Shown: piece by piece, positions 34,705-49,874 of the stretch
Numbering within the stretch: position 1 is the first letter of the stretch
Layout: every line of letters starts with the position of its first letter
Origin: the human T2T-CHM13v2.0 reference genome, Homo sapiens
DNA: 64,000 nt
Strand: one strand, 5' to 3'
Assembly (NCBI RefSeq): GCF_009914755.1
Contig: NC_060947.1
Notes under the pieces: model-generated
What the model was told of the DNA's origin: nothing
The model's database searches: none
What the model saw: only the letters and a program-made list of their open reading frames with translations
Translations under genes and position numbers: made by a program

Positions 34705-35245
34705 CTCTATTATCACATGATCCAGCAACCTCACTACTGGGTGATTGCCCAAAGGAAAAGAAATCATTATATCAAAAAGATCCCTGCACACGTGTTTATC
34801 ACAGCACCATTCACAAGAGCAAAGATATGAAATCAACCTCAGTGTCCATCAGTGGATGACTGGATAAATCGAATGTGGTATATATACACAATGGAACACT
34901 ACACAGCCATACAAAATAAAATCATGTATTTTGCAGCAACATGGCTAGAACGGGAGGCCATTATCTTAAGTGAAATAACTCAGAAACAGAAAGTCAAATA
35001 CTGCATGCTTTCACTAATAAGTGGGAGATAAATAATGTGTCCACATGGACATCCAGCGTGGAATAATAGACATTGGAGACTCAGAAGGGCAGGAGGCTGA
35101 GGGGGTGAGGGATGAGAAATTATTTAATGGGTACAATGTACACTATTCAGGTGATAGATACATTAAAAACCCAAACTTTACCACTATGCAATATATCCAT
35201 GTAACTGCACTTGTATCCCTTAAATTTATACAAATAAAAAAAATA
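34705..35245 (+). mobile_element. L1MA/L1PB 3' end
   Basis: gatccagcaacctcactactggg...aaatactgcatgctttcactaataagtggga...gggtacaatgtacactattcaggtgat. Confidence 0.88.
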
Positions 35246-35545
35246 AGCTTCTACATATACTTTGCACCAACCCATTGTATTTTACTTCCCATCAGTAGAA
35301 ATACAATTCTCTCTTTTACTTGAGGTAAAAAAAAAAAAAAAAATTCGTTGTTGTTATTGTTTGTTTTGTTTTGTTTCTACGATGAGAAATACCAGTTCAT
35401 GGCATTGCTGAGGGGAGGCTACATGAACAGTAAGCAGTCAAAGCTGCAACAAATAGAATAATTAATAAGACTTGGTCTACCCAAAGAGACAGCAGGACCC
35501 ATGATGGAGAAGGTGCGTGTGAATGAAATCACCCCAGCAAGGCGT

Positions 35546-36150
35546 GTGCATTGGTTTCCTGGAGGGCTGCCATCACAAATTACTACACACTGCATGGCTT
35601 AAACTAATGGAGATTTATTCTCTCAGCCTTCTGGAGGCCAGAAGCATCTGAAATCAAGGAATCAGCAGGATGGGTTCCTTCTGGATGCTCTAGGAAACAC
35701 TCTGTTTATGACACTTCTGCTTCTGGTGGTTGCCAGCCATTCTTGACATTCTTTGACTTGTAGATGCATCACTCCAATCTCCATCTCCATCTTCACATGG
35801 TCTTTTTCTTTATATCTCTCTGTGTCCTCTCCTCTTCTGTTTATTTATTTTTTCGAGACCCGGTTATGAGACTGGCTAATTTTTGTATTCTGTATTTTTT
35901 GTACAGAAGATGTTTCACCATGTTGCCCAGACTGGTCTCAAACTCCTGGGCTCAAGCTATCCAGCTGCCTCAGCCTCCCAAAGTGCTTGGATTACAGGCA
36001 TGAGCCACCACACCCAGTCCTCCTCTCCTCTTCTTATAAGGGTGTCAGTCATTAAATTTAGGGCCTACTTAACCTGCAAAGATTCTACTTCCCGATAACG
36101 ACACATTGTGAAGTTTCAGATGGCCATGAATTATGAATTATCAGTGGAGA
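35546..36150 (-). mobile_element. MLT1 LTR with an antisense Alu fragment (35870-36017)
   Basis: gggctgccatcacaaat...ttctggaggccagaag...catcactccaatctcc. Confidence 0.75.
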
Positions 36151-36320
36151 ATACTACTTAGCTCACTACAACCTGCAAAAGTGCAAGAACACACCTTCTG
36201 TAATCTTCTGTGACCAGAGGAGGGAAAGAGACTCAAAAAGATTGGAAGGGCTGAGGCTGAGAAATGGAGTGAATTTCCTATGGGTGACTTTTCCATTTCC
36301 AGGAAGTATGTGGTAAGATT

Positions 36321-36874
36321 ATGAAGGGGATCAGAATATGCCACCCCAAAATATGACACTTTGGTGCAAGCATTATTTTGAGCTAAAGGCTACTGAGTAA
36401 AAGTAGACACAGGACAAGCTTTCTACCCTCCCACTTTCTGCTTAAAAGCAGGGCATATGTTTTCTGTTTGAAAAGAAAATTCATTTGTAAAGAAAAATTT
36501 CATTTATAAAGGTGTTCTCTCATGGATGATTCCAGAGATAGAGATTATCACCTGAGATGACTTGAGTCTATATAATAATCTATACTTACCAGGCATTTTC
36601 TAGTCACCTTCTACAAACTTACCCCTATCCTAGAAGCTTAAATTCCATTTGCCTTTGTCTAGTTCTTTATCTAAACTTTGTCGCCCTGTGTTAAGATGGT
36701 ATATAATCCCCTAGGCCCAAGCACCTCTTTGGGGTTCTCACTTCTTTTCCATGTGTCTCTCCACGTGCACACAAAATAAACCATTTCTTCTGTAAACTTG
36801 TCTTTTGTCAGTTTAATTTGCTGTTCTCAGTAACTAAATCAAAAAACAAAGGTTTTATTTTTCCCCCTTTTACA
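36321..36874 (+). mobile_element. MER34-type LTR
   Basis: tgaaggggatcagaatatgccaccccaaaatatgacactttgg start; aataaa; ttttaca end. Confidence 0.75.
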
Positions 36875-37392
36875 GTTACCTATTAAGAGTGTGTTTGTGT
36901 GTTGGGGAGATGGGAGGTTGGTGGGATTGGCAGTGGAAGGGTCTAATGTTAGAAGACAGCAGAGAGTTAAACATTGATTTTGTCAATGGCAAAGAGCAGG
37001 ATGACAAGGCAGTTTGGAGACCTGGTTGGAATTAGGGACCCAACTGTGCTGTGGCACCAGCATTGTTAGTGGAGACCAGCCCCCTGGGTAGGAAGGGGAT
37101 CTCTGGCATTTGGGCTCACTCCTTTGAGTGAGCTACCATCATTATGGTAGTTTTCTAGGTAAATGTTTGCATAGACAATGGGGCAAATAATTAAACATTG
37201 TGGAGAATTCCTCAGGTGTTGGACCATGGAATTTAAGTTGGGTGGGTAGCAAAATGGAGGAAGTAGCACTAGTGAAGAAGGATTAGGCAAAAGAGTCAAT
37301 GAATTCGAGAGTCTACCTTTGCAAATATGGTTGTGTTTTTCTCTCTCCTTTCAAAGGATTATCAACATCCTCATTTAGCGGTATTGGTATGA

Positions 37393-37769
<377 letters not shown>

Positions 37770-37794
37770 AAAATTTGTCTTTAAAACCATCTTT

Positions 37795-38190
37795 AACCAT
37801 ATGACCCGATCACTCCATTTCCTAGGTATATATTAAGGAGAACTGAAAACAAGTACTGAAGCAAAAACTTGGTATGCGCATATTGAATGCAGTTCTGTGC
37901 CCAAGACACGGAAGGTGGAAACCACCCCAAATTCCATCAGTGGTTCCATGAATAAACAGAACGTGGGCCATCCAGACAGCAGAGTACCATTCAGGGGCTG
38001 GGGGAGGAAAGAATGGAAATGTCTCCTTAATGGGTACGGGATTTCTTTTGTGGTGATGGAAATGTTCTGGAACTAGGTAGAGGTAATGGTTGCATATCAT
38101 TGTGAATGTGCGAAATGTCACTGAATTGTTCTCCTTAACATGGTTAGTTTTTCTTATGTGAATTTCACGTCTATAAGAAAAATGAAAAAA
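37795..38190 (+). mobile_element. L1MB-type fragments
   Basis: ccatatgacccgatcactccatttcctaggtatata; tggtgatggaaatgttctggaactag. Confidence 0.75.
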
Positions 38191-38219
38191 TAATTCCTCT
38201 CTGCTCTTTCTTGTTATGA

Positions 38220-38755
38220 GTATATACCCAAAGGAATAGAAATCATCCTATTATAAAGACACATGCTCTCTTATGTTCATTGCAGCACTATTCACAATAA
38301 CAAAGACATAAAATCAACCTAAATGCCCATCAATGACAGATTGGATAAAGAAAATGTGGTCCATATACACCATGGAATACTGTTCAGTCATTAAAAGGAA
38401 CGCGATGATGTCCTTTGCAGGGACATGGATGTAGCTAGAGTCCATTATCCTTAGCAAACTAACACAGGAACAGAAAACCAAATACTGCCTGTTCTCACCT
38501 ATAAGTGGGAGGTAAATGATGAGAACACATTGACACATGGAAGGGGGAATACACACTAGGGCCTGTCAGAGGGTGGGGGATGGGAGGAGGGAGAGCATCA
38601 GGAAGAACAGCTAATAGATGCTGGGCCTAATACCTGGGTGATGGGATGATCTGTGCAGCAAACCAGCATGGCACACGTTTACTTATGTAACAAACCTGCA
38701 CATCCTGCACAGGTATCCCTGAACTTAAAATGAAAGTTGGGAATTAAAACAATAT
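38220..38755 (+). mobile_element. Old L1PA 3' end
   Basis: tatatacccaaaggaatag...ggcacacgtttacttatgtaacaaacctgcacatcctgcac. Confidence 0.9.
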
Positions 38756-39266
38756 AAAGAAATATTCCATATTCTTAAAAAAGGAAAAATAAAAGAAGAC
38801 ATTTTGATACATATTAAATGGTCCATAGGATCACAAATATGCTATCTATTACATGATTTCCCTACTAGTGTTTCTGCGGAAAAACAACTTCTGAATGAAA
38901 CAACCGGAAAAGCACAATCTTCAGGCAAGACACGTTTGACAGGGGCTTTTTCTGTCACTTTGTTCAGAAAATAGTTTTGTCCTTGAATATTATAGGGAGG
39001 ACAATTGAAACATAAAATGAATGGTTGTTAAAGTGCAGCATAATAAAATCTTTCATTTTATACATTGCTGTCTAAACTCTTGAACCAATACTTTACATTG
39101 GAAGGTTCTACCTTAGAGAATTAATTTATTCTAACTGTACTGTAAAATAAAAAGACTGGGGACCCAACTAAGAAAAACAAAATTAACCAGCCAATTTATA
39201 CTGTCCTGAAAGTGAAGGCAACCAAGTATTTCTGCCTTATCCCTGGAGGTTTTATCCAAAGGGAAT

Positions 39267-40065
39267 GTATTAGTCCATTCTCACACTGTTATAAAGAAAT
39301 ATCTGAGACTGGGTAACTTATTAAAAAAAGAGGTTTAATTGGCTCATGGTCCTGCAGGGAGTACAGGATGCATGGCAGCTTTTGCTTCTGGGGAGGCCTC
39401 AGAAAACTTACAATCATGGCAGAAGGGGAAGCCGGTGTCTTACATGGCTGGAGCAAGAGGGAGAGAGAGGCAGGGAGATGCTACACACTTTTAAACAATC
39501 AGATTTCATGAGCACTCTATCATGAGAACAGCACTAGAAGGATGGTGCTAAACCATTAGAAACCGTCCCCATGATTCAATCACCTCCCACCAGGCCTCAC
39601 TTCCAAAATTAGGGGTTACGATTCAACATGAGATTTGGGTGGGGACACAGATTCAAACCATATAATTCCACCTCTGGCCTCTCCAAATATCATGGTCTTC
39701 TCATACTGCAAAATACAATCACGTATTCTCAATAGTCCTCCCAAAGTCTTAATTCATGCCAGCATTAACTCAAAAGTCCAGTCCATTGTCTCATATGAAA
39801 GAAGGCAAGTTCCTTCTGCCTATGGGTTTGTAAAATCAAAAACAAGTTAGTTACTTCCAAGATACAATGGGAGTATAGGCATTGGGTAAATACTCCCATT
39901 TCAAGAGGGAGAAATCTGCCAAGAGAAAGGAGCTACAGGTCCCATGCAAGTCTGAAACTCAGCAGGGCAGTCATCAAATCTTAAAGCTCCAAAATAATCT
40001 CTTTTGACTCCGTGTCTCCCATCCAGGGCACCCCAGTGCAAGGGGTGGGCTCCCAAGGCCTTGGG
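39267..40065 (-). mobile_element. MST MaLR LTR (39267-~39663) plus adjoining truncated internal sequence
   Basis: tgtattagtccattctcacactg ... gatttgggtggggacacag; internal ttagttacttccaagatacaatggg. Confidence 0.88.
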
Positions 40066-41432
40066 CAGGGGAGGTCTCAGAGAAAAAATCATGCTGCAGT
40101 TACCGTCTGTGTGAATCAAAGAAATTTATTTTGCTTTTTTTTTTTTCCAATTTTCTCATTATAGACCTTATTTTAAAGCTGTGAGTTGAACACTGGTTCA
40201 CTGTGTGGGAAAAAACTGAAGAACCCTATCAATTTACACACTTTATAGGGACTGCTTATGGAGCCCCTTGCTATTCTAACCACCCGGAAGGTAGGATCTC
40301 AGTGGATGAAACACTTGGAAAAACAAATCATTATTCTTTCCTATTCATGCTTATGTTTTGTTTGAATAATGATTTTGTTTTACTTACAGGTTTTTTTTTT
40401 TTTTAACTTGGCTTTACCTACGGAGTCATTTATAATGTGTCAGACATCCTCGTTCAATGGGAAGTCTGCTGTATAGGACTCAATAGTAGTTGCTCAAGAA
40501 GGGGAAGTTAATAGTGTGTCAGAAGTCAGTGAGAAGCCAGACATCTTCCTCCCCCATGGAGAGGCACAATTATATGCAATTACATCTTCCTTTTCATGCC
40601 TAGGGAAGTCACTGATATATCCACTCATAAAATACCAGACTTTGGGTGTCTATTTAGAAGTTTTTACAGCTCAAAAACAAATTTTAAAGACAGTCTCAAA
40701 CTCAATGTCTTAGGAAGGTCAACCTTAAAATGAATAGAAGACCTTAAGTTGTAAAATGTAGGGCTGCTCATTTAATTTATAGCCATGGATCTGTGTATTT
40801 CAGACACACATGGGGAGGAGGGAAAGTACAATGTCATGCAGGGCTAAGAATCACCTAGTCCAAGAATCCCGCAAAACCTCTCAACCTTGTTTTCCCAATG
40901 GCCAATGTTGCTGTGAACATGAAAATTAAGGCAGTTTCAGGCACTCACTATAGTATAAATTGGGTTCTCTTGCAGGCAACACTGAGGCCAGCATTCTGAA
41001 TGTGCAACTTTGGACTAAGCACATTGCACATTTAGGAATGTAATCTAAGCAAATACTTTCAGTTGTGGATGCAATTATATTTATTGTAATGTTGATAACG
41101 TTATAGTAAAGAAAAACAATGTGAATATATGTCAGTGAGAGATTGGACAAATCACCTTGAATAAATATATGCAACAGCATATTATATAGCTGTGAAAATG
41201 GACAAGGTATTTATTTACATTGTCAAATGAAAAGATGATAGAGAATTGAGTAGCAAAGTAGTTCCAAATAGTATCTGTAATATAATGTCTTTTATGTTAA
41301 AATTACATGTTAATAGATGCACTAAACATTTTCCCAGTGAAATGGTATATGTTGCTATAACTGAAGTTACAGGAATGTAAAGACATGGAAAGGCTTACGT
41401 TTGTTCTTACCCTTTCATGCAGTCTGTATTTT

Positions 41433-41450
41433 TATCTATCTATCTATCTA

Positions 41451-41494
<44 letters not shown>

Positions 41495-41522
41495 ATCTAT
41501 CTATCATCTATCTATCTATCTG

Positions 41523-41581
<59 letters not shown>

Positions 41582-41705
41582 GTAGAGACCGAGTCTTGCT
41601 ATGTTGCCCAAGCTGGATTCAAACACCTGGGCTCAAGCAATCCTCCAGCCTCAGCTTCTGGAGTAGCTGTAATTACAGAGGTGCACCACTGCACGTAGCT
41701 ATTTT
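41433..41705 (-). repeat. (TATC)n tetranucleotide tract (41433-41581) followed by an Alu monomer
   Basis: Directly visible. Confidence 0.92.
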
Positions 41706-42020
41706 TTAAATAATAAACATTTTTAGCACATTTATCTAAAACATAGTGAGAAAAGAAAACAGAGAAACATAATATTTGGAATACTGGGGAATAGCGTCTG
41801 TCACTTCTGTCCTGTCTGTTGCTATTTTATAAAAAGCCTTAAGAACCAGCAGTTTACATGTAGTTTTCAGGCAATCAGACATATATCTGCTATGAGACCA
41901 TTTTTTAAATGATGAAATAACTGTGTGCGTGTTTGTATGCTTTGTATATCAGTTTACAGCAGATAGCTATTCAATTCCTCTTTGAGATGTAAAAGGAAAA
42001 AAAAACTTCCCCAAGGTGTT

Positions 42021-42376
42021 GTGTTACAGACTGAATGTCTGTGTCTTCACAAAATGCATGTGTTGAAATCCTCCCTTCAAAGTGATGGTGTTATGAACTG
42101 GGGCCTTTGGGAGGTGATGAGGTCATGAGAATGGAGCCTAATGAATGGGAAGATTGCCCTTATAAAAGAGACCCCAGAGGGTTCCCTCACCCTTTCCACC
42201 ATGGGAGGACACAGTGAGAAGGCGCCGTCTATGAACTAGGAAATGAGTCCTTACCAGACATAGAATCTGCCATGCCTTGGTCATGCGTCTCCAGCCTCCA
42301 GAGCTGTGCATGATCAGTGTGTTATTTATAAGCCATCCAGTCTTAGGTATTTTGTTATAGCAGACTCAATGGACAA
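42021..42376 (+). mobile_element. MLT1A/B MaLR LTR
   Basis: tgttacagactgaatgtctgtgtc...gccttggtcatgcgtctccagcctccagagctgtg...ggtattttgttatagcag. Confidence 0.85.
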
Positions 42377-42873
42377 GAAAAAAAAACTTTGGCTTCAAGC
42401 AAAGTGAGCTTGCTCCTCTGTCCTTAATAGACACAAACAAATGGACAAAGATGACTGCATCATCCCAACCCATAAATCAAAGATTTTCAACCCAGAAGCA
42501 AAGATCCAACTGACATAAGCAAAGCTCCTGTCTGTACAGGGATAAACAGAAAGTGTGCAGATCACAGGTAGCCTCTCCTATTTGTGCAAACCCCTTTGTG
42601 AAACTCCACAGATTCATGGCAGAATCATCACTTTGGTAACCAAAAGGAACCTTGCAATTTGTACAGTAATTCATCTATAGGTGCATTCTGACAAACCAAG
42701 ATATTCTTGGCATTGCGCTTGTCATTGTCCATCCAGTGAAGAGCAGGATGGATTCATCAACTTTCATGAGCTACATACTAGAAGAAAGCGCTGAGAAGTT
42801 AGTGGGCATTGGCTAACCCTGGTACAGGTTGCATGGGGATAGATGACATAGATGTAATCTTAAGGTGGGAATG

Positions 42874-43000
42874 GAGTGATCAGAGGAGGCTTCCTGATGC
42901 CTGTGCACCTTCTGAGCCCTTGCCGATGAATGACAAGTGGAAAGGCTACCTTGAGCAAAAGAAGAAGGGAGTAGGGGTTCCTAGCAGGAAGGTGGGGTTC
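42874..43000 (+). repeat. 127-bp segment with an inverted copy at 44938-45064
   Basis: Reverse-complement alignment; ORFs 42809+ and 44878- share SDQRRLPDACA...WKGY.EQKKKGV.VPSRKVGF. Confidence 0.95.
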
Positions 43001-43154
43001 CTGCTTGGGGTTTCTAGCAGAAAGATGCCCCAGTGCCTTGGCTTATAGGCAAAAAATAGCAGATATTGGGGAACTAAAATTGGTTAGCATTGGCTGGTGT
43101 GCAGCAGGTACTGAAGAGGCAGGCAACAGTGGTCAGGTAATGATGAATTTACAG

Positions 43155-43597
43155 ATGAAGGTGTGGAAATAAATGAAGGCCACCCACATGAAAACAAGCA
43201 AGGTGTTTATTCAGAGCTTGCTGTAGCAAAGGAATCAGCCATCATCACTCACGTCTGGCCGAGATTCAAAGGCCGGCAGAGCCATGGGGAATCCTTATAG
43301 TGGGGAAAAAGGGAAAACTTAGGTGTGTTCTGATTGGAGGCAGTTGGTGGTTCACTAGAAGTGAGGCATCCTTTGTGACTGGTTAGGGGGAAAATTTGGG
43401 TTTCTCTGTTTGGTCCTGAGTTGGAAGTAGGGGAAAAATTAGGGAAGCTCATAGTTATTGATCAAGTTGTGGACATTTTGGGCTGGTTGCTACAGGGCTT
43501 CCTATTGGCTTCCTGGATGAGTTACTACAGTTTATAGGTTAGACCTCTCTCTTTATATATAGTCTAGTCACCGTCCATTTGTATATTACTTCTCTCA
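43155..43597 (-). mobile_element. ERV1-type solo LTR, family uncertain
   Basis: tttattcagagcttgctgtagcaaagg, ctgattggagg, end gtccatttgtatattacttctctca. Confidence 0.55.
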
Positions 43598-43853
43598 ATG
43601 ATAAGGATTTGAGAACATATGCTAGGAACAATAGTTATTTAAGTGTTTTGACCTCAGTGAATTTTTATTCTATTACTTGTTTCGTCATTCTTTCTCCTGC
43701 ATCTTTCCATTTTTTTGCACACTGTGATGTGTGAGTATCGCATTGCTGCTCTCCCAAATATGTCATTCAAGTTTTTTGCCTTTTCCTCCATGGTTTTTAT
43801 TTCTGTATTGTTACTCTGAGTTTCAGATATTTCTTCCATTTACTCTTCTAGTT

Positions 43854-44078
43854 CAGGGATTGGCAAATGCTTTCAGCAAAGGGCCAAATAGTAAATGTTT
43901 TTGGCCTGGGGAGCCATTCAGTCTCTGTTGCAACTACACAACTGTATCATTATACTGCAAAAGCAGTCATGCACAATATATAAATGTATAGGTGTGGCTG
44001 TGTTTAAATAAAACTTTATTTACACAAACAGGCTGTGGGCCAGATTTGGCTTTTGGGACAAAATTTTATGACTTCTTT
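43854..44078 (+). mobile_element. MER58A hAT-Charlie DNA transposon
   Basis: cagggattggcaaat...aagggccaaatagtaaat...aataaaactttatttacac...gggccagatttggc; ttctag flanks both sides. Confidence 0.85.
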
Positions 44079-44269
44079 TCTAGGTTACTTAGTTAAGTCT
44101 CAACAGATGTGTCCCTGAATCAGTGAATACAATGACAAATACAAATGCATAATTTTTTAAATAAAATTGTATAAAGTATATGTGTGTGTTATATCTCCCT
44201 AAATACTCTGAAAGGCATCAGACTATGTCATCTCCAAATATGCCACTTTGGTGTGAGAATTATTTTTAG

Positions 44270-44392
44270 CTGAGGTGGAAGGATGGCTTGAACCCAGAAG
44301 TTCAAGTTTGCAGTGAGCTGAGATCACATCACCTCAATCTAGCCTGGATGACAGAGTGAGATTCTGACTCAAAAAAAAAAAAAAAAAAGAAA
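44270..44392 (+). mobile_element. Alu right-arm fragment
   Basis: Alu monomer with A/GAAA tail. Confidence 0.85.
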
Positions 44393-44780
44393 AGAAGAAA
44401 GAAAGAAAGAAAGAATAAAGCAAAATAATAGAGGTGCAGAGGAGATGCAAATTCCACATATGGTCAGATAAACTTGTTGAATGAGAAACACAATTTTCCA
44501 ACTTAGAAAATAATGAAATCGAAAGTTGAAGAGGGTGTATTCACCGAGAGGAAGTGGGAGAGTCAATGACTGGCATTTCCATGAGTTCAGATGGCAGGTC
44601 CCGTGGGGATCACTGAGAGCTGGAATTGCAGGAAGAGCCACTTGTGTTGTGCGTCTTGAGTGATGACAGGCAAATAGTGGTTCTGGAAGTGCCTTATGGA
44701 ATCAGGATGGCTGGGGAGGTTAATCATGGAACTGGGAGGCCAGTGTGTCCAACACGTTATGCATGCAGAAGGGGAGACTC

Positions 44781-45794
<1,014 letters not shown>

Positions 45795-47808
45795 AATGTG
45801 TAGGAGTTAGGGAGTTTATAAACCGTGCAACAAGACTACGGAGGAGACCTGAGGAATGGAACGCCCTCTGAAGAGTTGCCTCAGAGGCAGAGACAACACA
45901 GAGCAGAACGGACTTGGGGATTGTGGGTGGGACTAGGGGCATAGACTATCAGAGGCAAGTGATGAGGTTACTGGGTGTGTGGCTTATCTAGAGAACTGCT
46001 CCCAGAGAGTATGCGTTTTTGGGGAAGCACAGGGCTAACCAAGATTTGCACTCTTTGTACCTCAGAAGGCTTTCTGGGCTCTGGAAATGGAGCGAATCAG
46101 CTGAATCTGTGATGGCCATTCTGGCTCCAGAAAGAGACTGCATGTCCAAGTTCCCTAGTAAGCTCCTGGGGAATTACCAGGATCTGGCTAGAGACAGAAG
46201 CTGCCCCTCTTGGTGACCTTGAGACTCGTTGCCTCCTAGTATTTTGCAGGACAGAAATGTGAGCTGCCTTTGTGTCTTGCTGTGTAGGGTTATTTTCTGC
46301 AAATTGGCTGAGATTGGCGTGGCACCTCCCAAAACTTCATTTTGAGGACTCTCCCCAAAGACTGGAATTCCCTTAGCAAAGATCATTTTTTAATGCAAAC
46401 CATCTGCTTCAATGAAAAAGAAAAAGAACAAGAAAAAGAAAGAAGTAAAAAGAAATCATGACCTCAGTTTTCTGCAAAACAGACGAATCCTTGGTTTTCA
46501 CCAAAAGGCAAAACGCTAATTAATTTTTAAAATGCTGACCTCCTTTGAATTATTTTAGTCCTTTAGATGAAAAACATGTGTCATGATTGCATGTGTTTTT
46601 ATTCTTCCACAGGCTTGGAACTCTGGGTGTTTGGGGAGGCTTTCTATATGCCTCAAAGCCCTTAATACCTCATTGTGAACTGGCATCTCAGGTTACTTCT
46701 CTCATGAGTGACAGAACAAAGACCTGCATTGTGAGCAGGGGAGAGGCAAGGGTGAATTTTAAAGCATAAAGTGGTTGAATTTAGAGGCAGAAGAAGTTGG
46801 AGAGGGGGAGAGAAATTTACTTAGTTTATAAATTTGTCTGGAGCTGGCCAACGTATGCCAATTATATGACCAGTTCAGGTAGAAGTCAGACCTAGAAAAA
46901 GAAGAAAAACAATATACAAATGAACACATGTGAGGTGATATTAGAGCATTGGCAATGGGGATTTAGGGGCTATGGTTGATTTTAAGAGTGTGTGTGTGTA
47001 ATTGGTGATCAAGAATTATTGGTACTCAAAAATAATATTAATTCACAATATAGTTCGATTTGAATAAAGAGTGGCTTGTGATAGGGAGGATATATAACTT
47101 ACTTCTCCTTAAGCTTGGCAGTTATATTGTTTTCTGGGGGAAAAAACCAGTAGAGGTATTTTAGAATAGGGTAGAAAATAAAAGTAGAGTCCTGAAAGTA
47201 GATCTATGCCCTCACCACACACAAGCATACTCCTTTGTAACACATCTCCACAGTAACTATATCTTCTTCACAAGGAATTAAATGAGAAGAAAACCATAGA
47301 CTACTATGCACACACAAGCTATTAATATCTTCTTTCTGCAATTTTTACAGATTTTCTCAACACCATTGATTTATAGGATCGTGAGCAAGAAGCACTGATG
47401 GCCATGAAGATGAATAAGCAAGGAAAAGTGGTCTTAGTTAGTGAAATTGATGATGATTTCATGTCTTCTTTATCATAGGGGATGCCTAAGTTCTACAATT
47501 CATATTATCAGATCTGATGAATTAGAAACTCATCCACTTCTTGCTTGCACTAGAAAAAATGCCAGACACTGTGAGGCCAAGCAAATCATGACTAACTAAA
47601 ATTTTTGAAGAACAGGAACTCCAACACATAATGAGATCATGTTTGGTTTTCCCAGAATTGTTTTTTGACTAAATGGAAAGCAAAAAGAAAAAGGAATTTG
47701 TTAAAGAAGCTACAATGTCTACATCAAAGCCAAAAATACTTGGAGCTCTAAAAATACACTTAACATTTTAACCCAGGGGGAAACGTTTGTCTTTCAAAAG
47801 TGAATTAG

Positions 47809-48097
47809 GGCTGGGTGCTGTGTCTGACACCTGTAACCCCAGCACTTTGGGAGGCGAAAGGCTCACTTGAACCCAGGAGCTCGAGAGGGCAACATGGCAA
47901 AACCCCATCTCTACAAAAAAAAAAAAAAAAAAAAAAATAGCTGACCATGAAGGTATGTGCCTGTAATCTCAGCTACTTGGGAGGCTGAGATGTGAGATTT
48001 CACTTGAGCCCTGGAGGTCGAGGCTGAAGTGAGCCATGGTCATACCACTGTACTCCAGCCTGGTCAACAGAGTAAGGCTCTGTCTGAAAAAAAAAAA
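47809..48097 (+). mobile_element. AluJ
   Basis: Alu dimer; TSD aaaagtgaattagg. Confidence 0.93.
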
Positions 48098-48598
48098 GTG
48101 AATTAGGAAGATCAATGATTTAAGAAAATAAAATTTGACTGAGATTTGGGGAATGTGCATTATTCAGAAAAAAATTGCAAAATGTTATTCCGTTGTAAAG
48201 ATATGCTGGTGTTATTTAAATATTAACATTCTCAAAGGTGCTATATCTTAGAAAAAGAACAGGAAGAGTGCTTTCAGGGCTGAATAATGGCTTTGGCAAT
48301 TTGAACTGATCAAATTGACCAGATAGTTACCAAACTTCACCTGATTTTGCACGTATATGTGATGACCATGTCCAGGAAAACTGGAATGATGGAACTATCT
48401 ATCATATATATGGTAGACTCTATGTCCACCTGGGCCACTGGCCCCAGGACATATACTATCATACATACAGTAGGCTGCACTTCCACTTGGAGGCCTGGAA
48501 AGGGGACAGGTATTATTATACATATGGTAGATTTCATGTCCACCTGGAAGAGTGTAGCCAGGACATATACTATTATATATAAAATAAAATCCACTTTC

Positions 48599-48835
48599 GG
48601 CCAGGTGCGGTAACTCACGCCTGTAATCCCAGCACTTTGGGAGGCCGAGGTGGGCAGATCATGAGGTAAAGAGATCGAGACCATCCTGGCCAACATGGTG
48701 AAACCCCGTCTCTACTAAAAATACAAAAAATTAGCCGGACGTGGTGGTGCACCCTTGTAGTCCCAGCTACTCGGAGGCTGAGGCAGGAGAATTGTTTGAA
48801 CCAGAGAGGTGGAGGTTGCAGTGAAAAAAAAAAAA
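48599..48835 (+). mobile_element. AluSc-like, 3'-shortened
   Basis: Alu; near-TSD aaaatccactttc / aaattcactttc. Confidence 0.93.
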
Positions 48836-49007
48836 ATTCACTTTCACCCGAAGGACTGGAGCCAGGGCATATACTAGCATATACACAGTAGGCCTCATTT
48901 TCACCCGAAGTATTGGACCCAGTACGTATACTGCTATATATATGGTAAATTCCAATTCCAACTGGAGGATGGCAGGGGGCTTATATTATCATCTATGTGG
49001 TAGATTT

Positions 49008-49326
49008 CTTTTTTTTAAATATATATTTTATATATATATATTTTTGAGACGGAGTCTCGCTCTGTAGACCAGGCTAGAGTGCAGTGGCATGATCTCGGCT
49101 CACTGCAAGCTCTGCTTCCTGCGTTCACGCCATTCTCCTGCCTCAGCCTCCTGAGTAGCTGGGACTACAGGCGCCCCCCACAAGGCCTGGCTAAATGTTT
49201 GTATTTTTAGTAGAGATGGGGTTTCACCGTGTTAGCCAGGATGGTTTCCATCTCCTGACCTTGTGATCCACTCGCCTCCGCCTCCCAAAGTGCTGGGATT
49301 ACAGGTGTGAGCCACTGCGCCTGGCC
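49008..49326 (-). mobile_element. AluY-like
   Basis: cactgcaagctc, accgtgttagccaggatgg. Confidence 0.93.
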
Positions 49327-49436
49327 ACAGTATATATTATCTGTGTATGTTAAACTTCCCTTCCACCTGGAGAACTGAAGCCAGGGTATATATTATCATA
49401 TATATGGTAGACTCCTCTTCCACCAGGAGGACCCAG

Positions 49437-49874
49437 TGTGATGGGTAATACTGAATGTCAACTTGATTGGATTGAAGGATACAAAGTATTGATCCTGGGT
49501 GTGTCTGTGAGGATGTTACCAAAGAAGATTAACATTTGAGTCAGTGGGCTGGGAAAAGCAGGCCTCCCCTTAATCTGGGTGGGCACAATCTAATCAGCTG
49601 CCAGCTTGGCTAGAATATAAGCAGGGAGAAAAATGTGAAAAGAGAGACTGGCCTAGCCTCCCAGCCTACATCTTTCTCCTGTGCTGGGTGCTTCCTGCTT
49701 TTGAACATTGGACTCCAAGTTCTTCAGTTTTGGGACTGGGACTGGCTCTCCTTGCTCCTCAGCCTGCAGACGGCCTATCGTGGGACTTTGTGATCGTGTG
49801 AGTTAATACTTAATAAACTTCCATATATATATATATATTCCATTAGTTCTGTCCCTCTAGAGAACCCTAATATA
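49437..49874 (+). mobile_element. MLT2A (HERV-L) solo LTR
   Basis: tgtgatgggtaatactgaatgtcaacttgattggattgaagg ... ctagagaaccctaatata; TSD cccag. Confidence 0.93.
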